Notes under the pieces: model-generated | What the model was told of the DNA's origin: nothing | Seen by the model: only the letters and a program-made list of their open reading frames with translations | The model's database searches: none | Assembly (NCBI GenBank): GCA_046583355.1 | Contig: JAYGCM010000025.1 | Location: forward strand, 32,921 to 96,920 | Direction of reading: 5' to 3' | Origin: Deltaproteobacteria bacterium | GTDB taxonomy: Bacteria; Desulfobacterota; Binatia; UBA12015 | Length of the DNA stretch: 64,000 nucleotides | Shown here: positions 40,691-50,546 of the stretch, in pieces | Layout: every line of letters starts with the position of its first letter | How positions within the stretch are numbered: position 1 is the first letter of the stretch | Translations under genes and position numbers: made by a program

Positions 40691-43678
40691 TCAGACTACG
40701 CAGGCGCAGCTGCCGCTGGCGGCCGTGCAGGCGCCACCACAAACCGAACAGGATTCTCCGTCGCGGCAGGGCCCCGTCCCACAGACGCCGGCGGTACAGG
40801 TGCTGTTTGTGCAGAGGTTGTCGTCGCAGTCTGCCGGGCCGTCGGGCACGAACTGGCAATCCACCGCACAGCACGAGGCGCGCGCGACACCGTTGTTGGC
40901 GCCGTCGTCGCATTCTTCACCGGACTCCAGGATGCTGTTGCCGCATACCGGGGCACCGGGGAAGCTATTTGGATCGGCCGGGTTCGTCCCGGCGTCGCGC
41001 TCGTCGGAGTCGAGGAAGGTATCGCCGTCGCGATCGACTCCCATCCGCTCGCCGGAGCCCGGCGGGACGCAGGTATAGGTGACGCTTGCGCCGAGCGTAT
41101 TGGGCAGGTTGCGAATCGTGGCGGCGGCGACATTGGCTTCTGCGGCGCGGTCGGTGCGGAAGGTATTATCGCTCTCCAGGACAGAGCCGCGCAATTCGCC
41201 GTTGACGATACCCTTGGCGATCAGGTCACAATTGCCGGCCAATGCCTGGGCTTGCAGCAGGTCGACGCGGCTCGCCATCGCCGCGGTATCGCCCGGATGC
41301 TCGGTGAGTTGCTGACCAACGGCGGGCTTGAGGTTTGAGTCGAACGCCAGGACGAAGGCCTCGAGTTGGCGTTGCGCGCTCGCCGTGAGCGAAAATACGC
41401 CGGCGCCGAGGAAGCTGTTGAGGGTGTCGAGGCTGCCATCGTGGAGGAAGCCCGAGCCGCGTACCTGGTCGCCGAGGAAGCCGGTATCAGGTTCGCTCAG
41501 GAAGGGAACTTGAGGCAGCCCGAACATACCGACCTTCTGGTACATATTGCGCAGGTGGGCGATCTTGAAATGCTGTGTTTCGTTCTCGAATGTCGATTCG
41601 CCATCGGTGCCGAAAAAGCCGGCCGCCGGGTCCAACGTATGGCAACCGTCGCAGGTGCGGACCGAGTCGGTGACGGGGCCGAAATAAATCGTTTCGCCGG
41701 CCGCCTCTTGCGCCGTCAAGGAGTCGTCGAGCGCACGAATGGGGTTGGGCGGATAGGCGATTGTGAGGGCGAAGTCGGCGAAGGCCTGCATATCGCCCGC
41801 GCTGAGTTGTGCGTCGCGGCCGACCAAGCCGACAAATGCCGGATTGAATTGGAGGAAGGCGCCGTTCTCATCGAACGCACCGCCGTTGGGTTGGATGCTC
41901 GGCTCTTCGGCCCCACGGGTGCGGTCGCCGCGCCAATGCATCGGCCCCTGATTCGCCATGCCGCGCAGCGATTGCGTCAACATGGGTCCCTTGAGTGGGT
42001 GGAATTCCGGCGTCCCGGAGAGGAACTCAAACGGGTTCGGGTTGGGCCTATTATGCTCGTCGGGGTTGCCGAGATCCCAGGAGAGACTGTCGAAGTCGCC
42101 GAATACGTGGCAGGACGAGCAACTTGCCTCGCCGTTGCTTGAGGTGAACTCGGCGTTGTAGAGCAGGCCGCGCCCGGCGCTTATGTGACTCGGTTCGGGG
42201 TTGTGCAATGTCTGGTGGGAGGTTTCGACCGCCGCTGGCAGGTTGACGACCGAGAGGCCGTTGTCGAAGCGCGTGTAGACGTAGAGAGCCTCGCGGGCTT
42301 CGTCCAGCACGATGCCGGATGGGCCGCCGGCGCTGAGTTGGATATGGTCACCTGCGTCGGGCACGAAAGTTCCGGCTTCGATTGCGGCGGTATCGAAGAC
42401 GCCGATTTTGGCCGAGCCGAAGGCGGCTACATAGAGGGTTTGGCCGTCGGCCGTTACGGCCATCTCCAGCGGTGTGGCGAGGCTTTTGGCCCGCGTCGTC
42501 GGGTCGCTTGGCGTAATGCCGTAGTTGATATGCGAGTTCAGGTGGCGCGGTGTCACGATACCGGTCGTCGGGTCGATGACGGTGATCCGAGTTTCGTGAA
42601 TATGGCCCTGTACGGTGGAAGAACGTGAACCCGGTCCCTCGAAGCGCACCTCATTATGCGCTTCGGTATTGGACACATAGATCATGCCGCTGGTGGGGTT
42701 CGTCACCATATTGAAGAGAATCGTGCCGACTCCGGCGAAATCATCGACCTGAATCGGTGGCGTCGCGGTCGCGTCGATCGCGAAAACATCGAGGTCGGGC
42801 AGGGCGAAGCGCACGGCATTGCTCCAATCACGACCGAGGCGATCTTCCCAGGCGCCGCTCATGGAATTCCAGCGGACGATCAGCCCGGTCTCGGGTCCGA
42901 GATTGCCAACGGCGTCGTCATTCGGTGCGGGCAGGCCGCCGGGCAGGCTGTTGCCGCCGATGGTGCAAGCCATGGCTCCTGCGCCGCCGTCGCAGACCAA
43001 TCCCTCGTTGACGGTGGTCGTCTGATTACCCGAGTGGAAGGCCCCGGCATAGACCGTATTGCCATCGGGCGAGACGGTGAGCGCGCGCGGCGTATCGCCG
43101 AAGAGTTGCACGATGGTCAACGGGTCGGAGAGCAGGGCACCGCTGGTCACGGCAGCATCGAAGACCCAGACATCGGCGCGGCCGATGCCCTCGGTTGTGA
43201 GCTGCGCGTTGCCGGGCCGGTTCTGGCCGCGGTGCGCGGTGGTGATGAACGCGCGGCCGCCGCCTGTGCCGGCAAAGACGATATCGCGCGGCTCGTCGCC
43301 GACCACGATGGTGCGCGTCACGCTGGGCGTTCCGGCAGCGCAGGTCGAGAGGTCGACCACGCTCACACTATCGGAGAGGTGGTTCACCACCCAGACCTCG
43401 TCGTTGGTGCGGGCGGCCACGGCCACCGGCTCCAACCCGACCGAGACACTGCATTGGAGGGTGGGCGCTGCGCCGCCGAGCGTGAAGACCTCCAGATAGC
43501 CATCCGGGACATTGGTGACGAAGAGGCGGTTGCCATCGGGTGAGATCGCCATGGGGCGCACCGGGCCACTCTCGAAGTTGACGAAATTCTGCGCTGCCGC
43601 CGGCAGAGCCAGAGCGAGAAGGAGAGGGACGCTGCCAAGCGCAGCTACGGCGCCGTTGCAAATTTTGAGCACATTCAT
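40691..43678 (-). CDS. Secreted YVTN/YncE beta-propeller plus di-heme cytochrome c protein with Cys-rich C-terminal module
   Basis: FVNFESGPVRP, VGLEPVAV and WVVNHLSDSVS propeller motifs; CSSCH and CDGCH; MHWRGDR; 15-Cys tail. Confidence 0.88.
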   Translation of the reverse strand: MNVLKICNGAVAALGSVPLLLALALPAAAQNFVNFESGPVRPMAISPDGNRLFVTNVPDGYLEVFTLGGAAPTLQCSVSVGLEPVAVAARTNDEVWVVNHLSDSVSVVDLSTCAAGTPSVTRTIVVGDEPRDIVFAGTGGGRAFITTAHRGQNRPGNAQLTTEGIGRADVWVFDAAVTSGALLSDPLTIVQLFGDTPRALTVSPDGNTVYAGAFHSGNQTTTVNEGLVCDGGAGAMACTIGGNSLPGGLPAPNDDAVGNLGPETGLIVRWNSMSGAWEDRLGRDWSNAVRFALPDLDVFAIDATATPPIQVDDFAGVGTILFNMVTNPTSGMIYVSNTEAHNEVRFEGPGSRSSTVQGHIHETRITVIDPTTGIVTPRHLNSHINYGITPSDPTTRAKSLATPLEMAVTADGQTLYVAAFGSAKIGVFDTAAIEAGTFVPDAGDHIQLSAGGPSGIVLDEAREALYVYTRFDNGLSVVNLPAAVETSHQTLHNPEPSHISAGRGLLYNAEFTSSNGEASCSSCHVFGDFDSLSWDLGNPDEHNRPNPNPFEFLSGTPEFHPLKGPMLTQSLRGMANQGPMHWRGDRTRGAEEPSIQPNGGAFDENGAFLQFNPAFVGLVGRDAQLSAGDMQAFADFALTIAYPPNPIRALDDSLTAQEAAGETIYFGPVTDSVRTCDGCHTLDPAAGFFGTDGESTFENETQHFKIAHLRNMYQKVGMFGLPQVPFLSEPDTGFLGDQVRGSGFLHDGSLDTLNSFLGAGVFSLTASAQRQLEAFVLAFDSNLKPAVGQQLTEHPGDTAAMASRVDLLQAQALAGNCDLIAKGIVNGELRGSVLESDNTFRTDRAAEANVAAATIRNLPNTLGASVTYTCVPPGSGERMGVDRDGDTFLDSDERDAGTNPADPNSFPGAPVCGNSILESGEECDDGANNGVARASCCAVDCQFVPDGPADCDDNLCTNSTCTAGVCGTGPCRDGESCSVCGGACTAASGSCACVV

Positions 43679-43856
43679 CTGAGAGGTTCTCGTTTCTCGG
43701 TTGGTAAAGTTGCGTTGTTGGCGGCCTGGCATCGCTCTTTATGCGCTTTGATCCTATCACAGGTGGCCATGGCGGTCTGCCCTGAATATCGCATTCGAGC
43801 TAGCCTTTGCGCCGATTGTGGTGGTTTTCTCGGGCGGATCGCTGCGGCCATCAGGC

Positions 43857-44315
43857 TCAGCCGGGCATTTGCAGGAGTTCGACGACGGCACCGCCCTGGT
43901 CCTGCGGGGCTTCGAAATAGGCCCAATGGATGTTCATCTCGGGCATGCCATGCTCCCAGATGGCCTTGAAGCCGAGGTCTTCGAGCTTGCGGCGTGGCTC
44001 GGCGATATCCTCGACGCGGAAGCGGATATGGTGCACACCCTCGCCGCGGCTATCGAGGAACTCGCGGTGCGGTCCGTCGCCTTTGAGCACGGCGATCAGT
44101 TCGATCTCGAGCTCGCCGGACTTCCCGAAGGCGATATCGAGCTTCATATCGGTCTTTTTGCCGCGAAAGATCGAGCCCTGAATCTCGGATTCCATCCGCG
44201 TGAAGGCCCCGAAGATCGGCTCGAAGCTCAGAAGAGCCTTGTCGATATCGTGGACCAGCCACGCGACCTGATCGACCGGGGGCAGTCCGAGAATTTCCGC
44301 TACGCTTTTACTCAT
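43857..44315 (-). CDS. VOC family protein (methylmalonyl-CoA epimerase-like)
   Basis: EIELI, GEGVHHI, VELL. Confidence 0.85.
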   Translation of the reverse strand: MSKSVAEILGLPPVDQVAWLVHDIDKALLSFEPIFGAFTRMESEIQGSIFRGKKTDMKLDIAFGKSGELEIELIAVLKGDGPHREFLDSRGEGVHHIRFRVEDIAEPRRKLEDLGFKAIWEHGMPEMNIHWAYFEAPQDQGGAVVELLQMPG

Positions 44316-44378
44316 AGGCTTGAGTACCCCGGCGTCGCGGATTTTGGAACTGGTGGTGGCGGCGGCTACAGCATCGGG

Positions 44379-45584
44379 ATGCTGAACGGAATGGTTCACC
44401 CGGCTTTTGCTGCGGTTGCTGAGACCTTGCGACGGATTCTGCCACGCGAAGAAGTTGGCGGTGCCGCGCTCTGCGTCTACCATCGCGGCGAGAAGGTAGC
44501 CGATCTATGGGCAGGCACGCGTAATGACGCTGGCGATCCCTGGCAGGAAGATACTCTTAGTATTTCGTTTTCGACCACCAAGGGCGTGGCCTCGACGCTG
44601 CTTCATATCTATGCCGATCGAGGCCTGATCGATTACGACGCGCCGGTGCAGGAATATTGGCCGGAGTTCTGCGGTGGCGGCAAGGAGGCGACCACGGTGC
44701 GTCAGTTGATGTGTCACGAGGCCGGTCTCTACGCGATTCGCGATATCGTCGAGCACGCCTCCGAGATGCTCGATTGGGATCAGATGATCCACCGCCTCTC
44801 GGTGGCTACGCCGCGCCACGTACCCGGCGCCGCACACGGCTACCACGGTTTGACCTATGGTTGGCTGGTCGGTGAGTTGGTGCGGCGAGTCGATGGTGGC
44901 CGGTCATTCGCCGATCTGATCCGCGCCGAGATCGCCGAGCCGCTCGGGCTGGAAGGCCTTTTCTGTGGCATGCCGGAGTCCGAGTTGGGGCGTTGCGCAC
45001 AGCTCAAGGCCAAGGGATTTGATGGTCCGCTCGAGCAGAAGCGGGAACGTGCCCATAAGGTGCGACGCAATGCTGCGCGCTTCGGCCGCCTGCTCTCGGC
45101 CGTTGGGGTGAAATACGATCCTCTTGAGTCGATCGATGCGCTTCTGGCGCCCGGAATGGAGGAGCTCGATTTCAACTCGGCCGAGTTCCGCAAGGCATCC
45201 ATCCCGGCCGCCAATGGTCAGTTCACCGCGCGCTCCCTCGCACGCCTCTATGCCTGTCTGGCGGGCGGTGGCGAGATCGACGGCGTGCGCCTTCTCTCGC
45301 AGGAGGCCGTGCGCAACGCCGCCCGGGTGCAAAATACCGGCGTCGGTCGGGTGATCCCGGTCTCGATGCGCTGGCGCCTGGGCTATCACCGGGTCTTTGC
45401 CTTGCGCGCCAAGGCGCCGGGCGCGTTCGGACATTTCGGCTTCGGCGGATCCGGGGCCTGGGCTGACCCAACCCGGAACCTGGCGGTTGCGCTCACGGTG
45501 AATAGTGGTGTGGGCACGCCCTTTGGCGATGCTCGCATCGCGCGCATCGGTGGCGCCGTGATCCGTTCGGCCGATCGTCTTTAG
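44379..45584 (+). CDS. Serine hydrolase (class C beta-lactamase/esterase family)
   Basis: FSTTK (SxxK), YH, FGHFGFGGS. Confidence 0.9.
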   Translation: MLNGMVHPAFAAVAETLRRILPREEVGGAALCVYHRGEKVADLWAGTRNDAGDPWQEDTLSISFSTTKGVASTLLHIYADRGLIDYDAPVQEYWPEFCGGGKEATTVRQLMCHEAGLYAIRDIVEHASEMLDWDQMIHRLSVATPRHVPGAAHGYHGLTYGWLVGELVRRVDGGRSFADLIRAEIAEPLGLEGLFCGMPESELGRCAQLKAKGFDGPLEQKRERAHKVRRNAARFGRLLSAVGVKYDPLESIDALLAPGMEELDFNSAEFRKASIPAANGQFTARSLARLYACLAGGGEIDGVRLLSQEAVRNAARVQNTGVGRVIPVSMRWRLGYHRVFALRAKAPGAFGHFGFGGSGAWADPTRNLAVALTVNSGVGTPFGDARIARIGGAVIRSADRL

Positions 45585-45698
45585 GCCGGAGCCTCGTTTT
45601 CGGGCAGCCGTGCCGCACGAGTGGGCAGGGCTGCCCGGAACGAAGGCAGGGCGGTTTGAAATCCCCTGTGGAACGCCTATGCTTCGGTTCGCTCGTGA

Positions 45699-45714
45699 TG
45701 GCGCAGTTGTTGCG
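45699..45714 (+). promoter_or_regulatory. Putative sigma54 (-24/-12) promoter of glnII
   Basis: TGGCGCAGTTGTTGCG, a GG-N10-GC match about 135 bp upstream of the glutamine synthetase start. Confidence 0.65.
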
Positions 45715-45849
45715 TTCTCTGCGGGTGTTCAGGAACATTTTTTCAGGGCCCGTGCGCCCCTAGCCGAATGGCCGCCTTGGTGCAGCCAGCGGAATGGACT
45801 CTCCCGTGTCGGGAGCGTTCTCCGATCTATTTGAGGAGCAAGTCGAGAG

Positions 45850-46860
45850 ATGAAGACAAAGTTGGAGTACATCTGGCTGGACGGCTACAAGCCGACCCAG
45901 AGCCTGCGCAGCAAAACCCGCGTCCAATCCGATTTCGGTGGAACCCTTGAAGAGTGCCCGATGTGGAACTTCGACGGCAGCTCGACCGAGCAGGCCGAAG
46001 GCAATGCTTCCGATTGCCTGCTCAAGCCGGTTGCGGTTTTCCCCGATCCCGGTCGCAAGAATGCCTACCTCGTGATGACCGAGGTGATGAACGCCGATGG
46101 CACGCCGCATGAGTCCAATGGCCGCGCGACCATCGCCGACGACGACGACGATTTCTGGTTCGGCTTCGAGCAGGAATATTTCCTCTGGGACCCCGATACC
46201 AACCTTCCTCCGGGCTTCCCGACCGGCGGCTACCCGCCACCGCAGGGCCCCTATTATTGCTCGGTTGGCGCCATGCACGCCTATGGCCGCGAAGTGATCG
46301 AAGAGCATCTCGACGATTGTCTGGAAGCCGGCATCAATGTCGAAGGCATCAACGGCGAAGTGGCCGCTGGTCAATGGGAATTTCAGGTCTTTGCCAAGGG
46401 TGCCGCGCGCGCCGGCGACGAGACCTGGGTGGCCCGCTACCTGCTGGAGCGCGTTGCCGAGAAGCACGGCTACGGCGTTAATTGGCATCCGAAGCCTCTG
46501 GGCGACACCGATTGGAACGGCTCCGGCATGCACGCGAACTTCTCGAATACGGCGATGCGCGAAGACGGCAACGAAGAGATCTTCACCAGGATCTGCACGG
46601 AATTCGGCCGCCATATCGAACGTCATATCTCGGTCTATGGTGCGGAGAACAATCAGCGCCTGACCGGCCAGCATGAGACGCAATCGATCGATCAGTTCAG
46701 CTACGGCGTATCCGATCGCGGTGCTTCCATTCGGATCCCGATCCAGACGGTCGATGAAGGCTGGAAGGGGCGTCTCGAAGATCGCCGTCCGGCTTCCAAC
46801 GCGGACCCTTATAAGGTGGCGGCCGCGATTGTGAAGACATCCAAAGAAGGCCTGGCCTGA
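45850..46860 (+). CDS. glnII: Glutamine synthetase type II
   Basis: EYIWLDG, WNFDGSST, GFEQEY, GINGEVAAGQWE, DWNGSGMH, EDRRP; 336 aa. Confidence 0.93.
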   Translation: MKTKLEYIWLDGYKPTQSLRSKTRVQSDFGGTLEECPMWNFDGSSTEQAEGNASDCLLKPVAVFPDPGRKNAYLVMTEVMNADGTPHESNGRATIADDDDDFWFGFEQEYFLWDPDTNLPPGFPTGGYPPPQGPYYCSVGAMHAYGREVIEEHLDDCLEAGINVEGINGEVAAGQWEFQVFAKGAARAGDETWVARYLLERVAEKHGYGVNWHPKPLGDTDWNGSGMHANFSNTAMREDGNEEIFTRICTEFGRHIERHISVYGAENNQRLTGQHETQSIDQFSYGVSDRGASIRIPIQTVDEGWKGRLEDRRPASNADPYKVAAAIVKTSKEGLA

Positions 46861-46880
46861 TCGTTCTTCCGGTCAACCAG

Positions 46881-46917
46881 GAAAAAAACGGGGTCGCGCA
46901 AGCGGCCCCGTTTTTTC
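46881..46917. terminator. Bidirectional intrinsic terminator
   Basis: aaaaaaacggggtcgc-gcaa-gcggccccgtttttt between convergent genes. Confidence 0.9.
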
Positions 46918-46920
46918 GTT

Positions 46921-47871
46921 TCAGCGCCAGCCGCCTTGGAGTTGGCGAATCATCTCCGACATCGTCGCGTAGCGCTCGCGCGGGTCCTTGCGCAGGCAGC
47001 GCGCGCAGATGGCCTCGAGCCCTTCGGGGATGAGATATTTCGAGACCTTGGTCAGCCTTTCGGGATCTTTGTGCAGGACGGCGTCGATGATCTGGTCGGA
47101 GTTCTTGCCGGGCGAGGGCAGGTGTTCCGAGGCCAGTTCGTAGAGCACGGCGCCGAGGCTGTAGATATCCGTGCGGCAGTCGATGTCCGGATCGCGCTGG
47201 ATCTGCTCGGGCGACATATACGCGACCGTTCCCTGCAGCTTGCCCTGGCTGGTCATGGAGAGGTCCTTGTCAGCCAGACGCACGCCGGTGTCTTCGGGCG
47301 GTTCCTTGGAGAGCCCGTCTTTGCCCCATACCTTGGCAAGACCCCAATCCAGGAGAAGGACTTCGCCGAAGGGGCCGACGAGAATATTCTCTGGTTTCAG
47401 GTCGCGGTGCACGACGCCGTGGGTATGGGCGTAGTCGAGCGCGTAGGCGATCTGCACCAGCACGTCGACCAATTGAACCAGGTCATAACGGTCGCGGTAG
47501 TTGAGTACCTCGCGCAGGGTGTAGCCGTGCACCAGCTTCATCGTGAAATAGAGGTGGCCGTGCCCGTCGCGACCGACCTCGTAGACCGGGACCGTATTGG
47601 GGTGCTGGAGCATTGCCGTGACCCGCGCTTCGCGCAGGAAGCGCTGCTGCTCGACCTGGTCGTGTTTCAATTCTTTGCGGATCGATTTATGGCAGATCGT
47701 TCGCCTCAGGTGCAGGTCGCGGCACGATTGAATCAGCGATTTGCCGCCCCGCGCGATCGTCTTGAAGAAGGCGTAGCGCGTATGGGTGTCGATCGTGGTG
47801 GGCAGCGGCTTGTCGGTATCCTCCATGTAGACCTGCACCAGGTCTTCTTTGGGTGGTTGAGGGAACTCCAT
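46921..47871 (-). CDS. Hanks-type Ser/Thr protein kinase, kinase domain only
   Basis: HRDLKPEN, DWGLAK, GTVAYMSPEQ, DIYSLG. Confidence 0.92.
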   Translation of the reverse strand: MEFPQPPKEDLVQVYMEDTDKPLPTTIDTHTRYAFFKTIARGGKSLIQSCRDLHLRRTICHKSIRKELKHDQVEQQRFLREARVTAMLQHPNTVPVYEVGRDGHGHLYFTMKLVHGYTLREVLNYRDRYDLVQLVDVLVQIAYALDYAHTHGVVHRDLKPENILVGPFGEVLLLDWGLAKVWGKDGLSKEPPEDTGVRLADKDLSMTSQGKLQGTVAYMSPEQIQRDPDIDCRTDIYSLGAVLYELASEHLPSPGKNSDQIIDAVLHKDPERLTKVSKYLIPEGLEAICARCLRKDPRERYATMSEMIRQLQGGWR

Positions 47872-47983
47872 CGGCAGCCTCCAGCTTCCCATAGATCTCG
47901 TCTTGTCGCGATATCGGCCGCTTGTGCCTTGGCGCGGCAAAGGAGAGAGGACAAGTCTGCGTTCCCCAAAGAGGAGAAGTCCG

Positions 47984-48898
47984 ATGAAGCGTCTATGTGA
48001 GAATCGAGTTGCCATCGTCACCGGTGCTGCGCGCGGGATCGGTCGCGAATATGCCTTGATGCTGGCTGCGCATGGCGCGAAGGTTGTGGTGAACGATCTT
48101 GGCGGCACACGCGACGGCACAGGTGCCTCCCCGGGGCCGGCCTCCGAGGTGGTGGCGGAGATTCGCGCGGCCGGCGGCGAGGCCATCGCCAACGGCAGTG
48201 ATGTGAGCGATTTTCAGGGCGCGCGTCGTATGGTGGAGGAGGCCGTCGATACCTTCGGCCAGCTCGATATCGTGGTGAACAACGCCGGCATCCTGCGTGA
48301 CCGGATGCTCGTGAATATGGAAGAGGAAGAGTGGGACTCCGTGATTCAGGTGCATATGAAAGGCACCTTCGGCCCGGCCCACCACGCGGCGAAATATTGG
48401 CGCGCACGGGTAAAGGCGGGCGAGTCGGTCGATGCGCGCCTCATCAACACGACCTCGGTCTCGGGCATCTATGGCAACGCAGGCCAGACCAATTACGGTG
48501 CGGCCAAGGCCGGCATCGCCGCCTTCACGATCATCGCCTCGCGCGAGTTACGGCGCTACGGCATCATGGTGAACGCGATCGCGCCCGGCGCGCTCACGCG
48601 CATGACCGAAGACCTGCATGCCGGCGAGATCAGCGACGAGATGCGCGAGCGCTCCAACCCGCGCTGGGTGGCACCGATCGTCACCTGGCTTGCGAGTTCC
48701 GAGTCCGCCGGCGTAACCGGCCGCGTATTTGAGGCGTCGGGTTCCGTTCTCGCCATCGCCGAGGGCTGGCATCGCGGCCCGAGTACCCGGCCCGTCACCG
48801 AGCCGACCGAGTTGGGCCCGATTGTGCGCCAGTTGCTTGAGGAGGCGCGGCTCAATGCGGGGATGAATGGCGAGGATCTCGACGGCGGTCTGGACTGA
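47984..48898 (+). CDS. SDR oxidoreductase
   Basis: TGAARGIG, NNAGILRD, YGAAK. Confidence 0.92.
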   Translation: MKRLCENRVAIVTGAARGIGREYALMLAAHGAKVVVNDLGGTRDGTGASPGPASEVVAEIRAAGGEAIANGSDVSDFQGARRMVEEAVDTFGQLDIVVNNAGILRDRMLVNMEEEEWDSVIQVHMKGTFGPAHHAAKYWRARVKAGESVDARLINTTSVSGIYGNAGQTNYGAAKAGIAAFTIIASRELRRYGIMVNAIAPGALTRMTEDLHAGEISDEMRERSNPRWVAPIVTWLASSESAGVTGRVFEASGSVLAIAEGWHRGPSTRPVTEPTELGPIVRQLLEEARLNAGMNGEDLDGGLD

Positions 48899-49014
48899 GG
48901 GCCGCGCAAGACTGAACGCTGTGCGGTAGCCGGAAAATCCGGCGCAAAGTTTTAGTGGGGTGACAGCCAGCGGCCCTTGCGGTAGAATCGCCGGTGGTGG
49001 CCCGTCTCCAGATC

Positions 49015-50502
49015 ATGCGAATCCTCGCCGCGGTCGCGCTTGTTTTCCTGATGGGGACGCCTGCGCTCGGTGCGGCCGGCGAGTGCGGCGGCACGACCGT
49101 CTGTGCCTGCGGCGACCGGGTGGTCGAGGACTACACGATGAGTGCCGATCTCGGGCCCTGCCTGGAGGCCGATTCCGGCGGCGAGATCGTCGGGCTGCGG
49201 CTGAAATCCGACGTTGTTCTGGACTGCGCCGGCTTTGCGATCCTCGGCCCCGACGACGCGCAAAAAGAAGAGTTCGGCATCCGCATCGGCACGAAATCCG
49301 GGCCGGTCTCGGGCGTTGGGGTTCGGGGCTGCGAAATCAGTGGCTTCTGGTGGGGGATCTACGTCGCCTCCTCGAGCGCGATCGTGGTCGAGGATAATTA
49401 TATTCACGATAATGGTTGGAAGGATCCGAATGCGAACGGAACCGGCTACGGCATTGATGTGGCCAGGTCCTCGGACGTCCTGGTGCGCGCGAACCGTATT
49501 GAGGACAACGGCAACGAGGGGATCCACCTCTCGGCGTCGCAGGCCGTGGTGGTCGAGGGCAATACCTTTGTCAACAACGGCTTCGAGCAGATCTACCTGA
49601 TCAACGCCGACGAAAACGAGATCCGCGGCAATACAACAACGGGCGGCACCCAGGGCCTCGAGATGCGCGACTCCAGTCGCAACCAGTTTTCCTACAACCG
49701 TTTCCTCGGCTCGCCGAAGCAATGGCTGGAGAACGACAATCATGAAAACGAGTTCGTCTACGACGAGTTCGCTGGTCGGGTCGATGTCTCTGCGGATTCC
49801 ACCGGCAATCGATTTTCGCATGGCCTTTTCAGCAACCCGGAGGGAACCTGTATCCGCGTACGTGGCACCGGCACGAGCCTCGATCGGGCTTGGATGCACC
49901 AATGCAAGATAGCGGTCGATACTTGGACGGCACTCACGCTGGAGCGCACGATGGGCGCTGCCAAGATCAAGCGCAAGAAATTGATCGATGTGGTCTCGCC
50001 GGGCTGCAACGCCGACCTGAACGGCGATGGCTTGGTCGACGCGGTCGATCGCGCGATGGGGAGTGCGCCGCTTGGTCTGAGCGTCGGTGAGGTGGGCTTT
50101 GACCCGGCAGCCGACCTGGACCGCGACGGCGTCATCACGCTGGTCGACCGCGCCTATTTCGACTGGCAGGCGGGCGATTGCCCGCGCCGTTCGCTCAAAC
50201 GCCCCCCGGCGTCGCTGGCAATCAAGGTGCTCGATAACCGCCCACGCGGGGAAGCGGACCGCGTGCTTTTCACTGCGGCCGGGACCGGCGGTGCGGAGGA
50301 GCGGGTGGTTGCCTGGACGCTGGAGGTCAGGCAGTTGCCGCTGCAGACCGTGCTCTTCGCGCAGCAATTCGGCGACGTGGCGCGCGCGACGGTCGCCGTC
50401 GAGTTGGAGCTAGCGCCCGGCCTCTATCAGGCTACGTTGACCACCGAAGGGCCCTTCCACCGCAGATCGCGTACCCGCAAGGGCCGCATCCGCGTCCGCT
50501 GA
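49015..50502 (+). CDS. Secreted right-handed beta-helix protein with dockerin-like repeats
   Basis: Signal peptide, NosD/CASH-like repeats, DLNGDGLVDAVD and DLDRDGVITLVD. Confidence 0.82.
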   Translation: MRILAAVALVFLMGTPALGAAGECGGTTVCACGDRVVEDYTMSADLGPCLEADSGGEIVGLRLKSDVVLDCAGFAILGPDDAQKEEFGIRIGTKSGPVSGVGVRGCEISGFWWGIYVASSSAIVVEDNYIHDNGWKDPNANGTGYGIDVARSSDVLVRANRIEDNGNEGIHLSASQAVVVEGNTFVNNGFEQIYLINADENEIRGNTTTGGTQGLEMRDSSRNQFSYNRFLGSPKQWLENDNHENEFVYDEFAGRVDVSADSTGNRFSHGLFSNPEGTCIRVRGTGTSLDRAWMHQCKIAVDTWTALTLERTMGAAKIKRKKLIDVVSPGCNADLNGDGLVDAVDRAMGSAPLGLSVGEVGFDPAADLDRDGVITLVDRAYFDWQAGDCPRRSLKRPPASLAIKVLDNRPRGEADRVLFTAAGTGGAEERVVAWTLEVRQLPLQTVLFAQQFGDVARATVAVELELAPGLYQATLTTEGPFHRRSRTRKGRIRVR

Positions 50503-50507
50503 CGACC

Positions 50508-50542
50508 AGGAGCCTGCGGGCCCTTCTGCCGCGCAGGCTCCT
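50508..50542. terminator. Hairpin between convergent genes
   Basis: aggagcctgcg...cgcaggctcct 11-bp stem; no U-tract. Confidence 0.5.
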
Positions 50543-50546
50543 CGCC

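Noticed and set aside
43818..44378. N-terminal extension of the serine hydrolase
   Set aside because: It is the antisense of the VOC gene; family similarity begins at about 44379.
45725..45849. Glutamine riboswitch in the glnII leader
   Set aside because: Short hairpins are present but no recognisable glnA-motif consensus.
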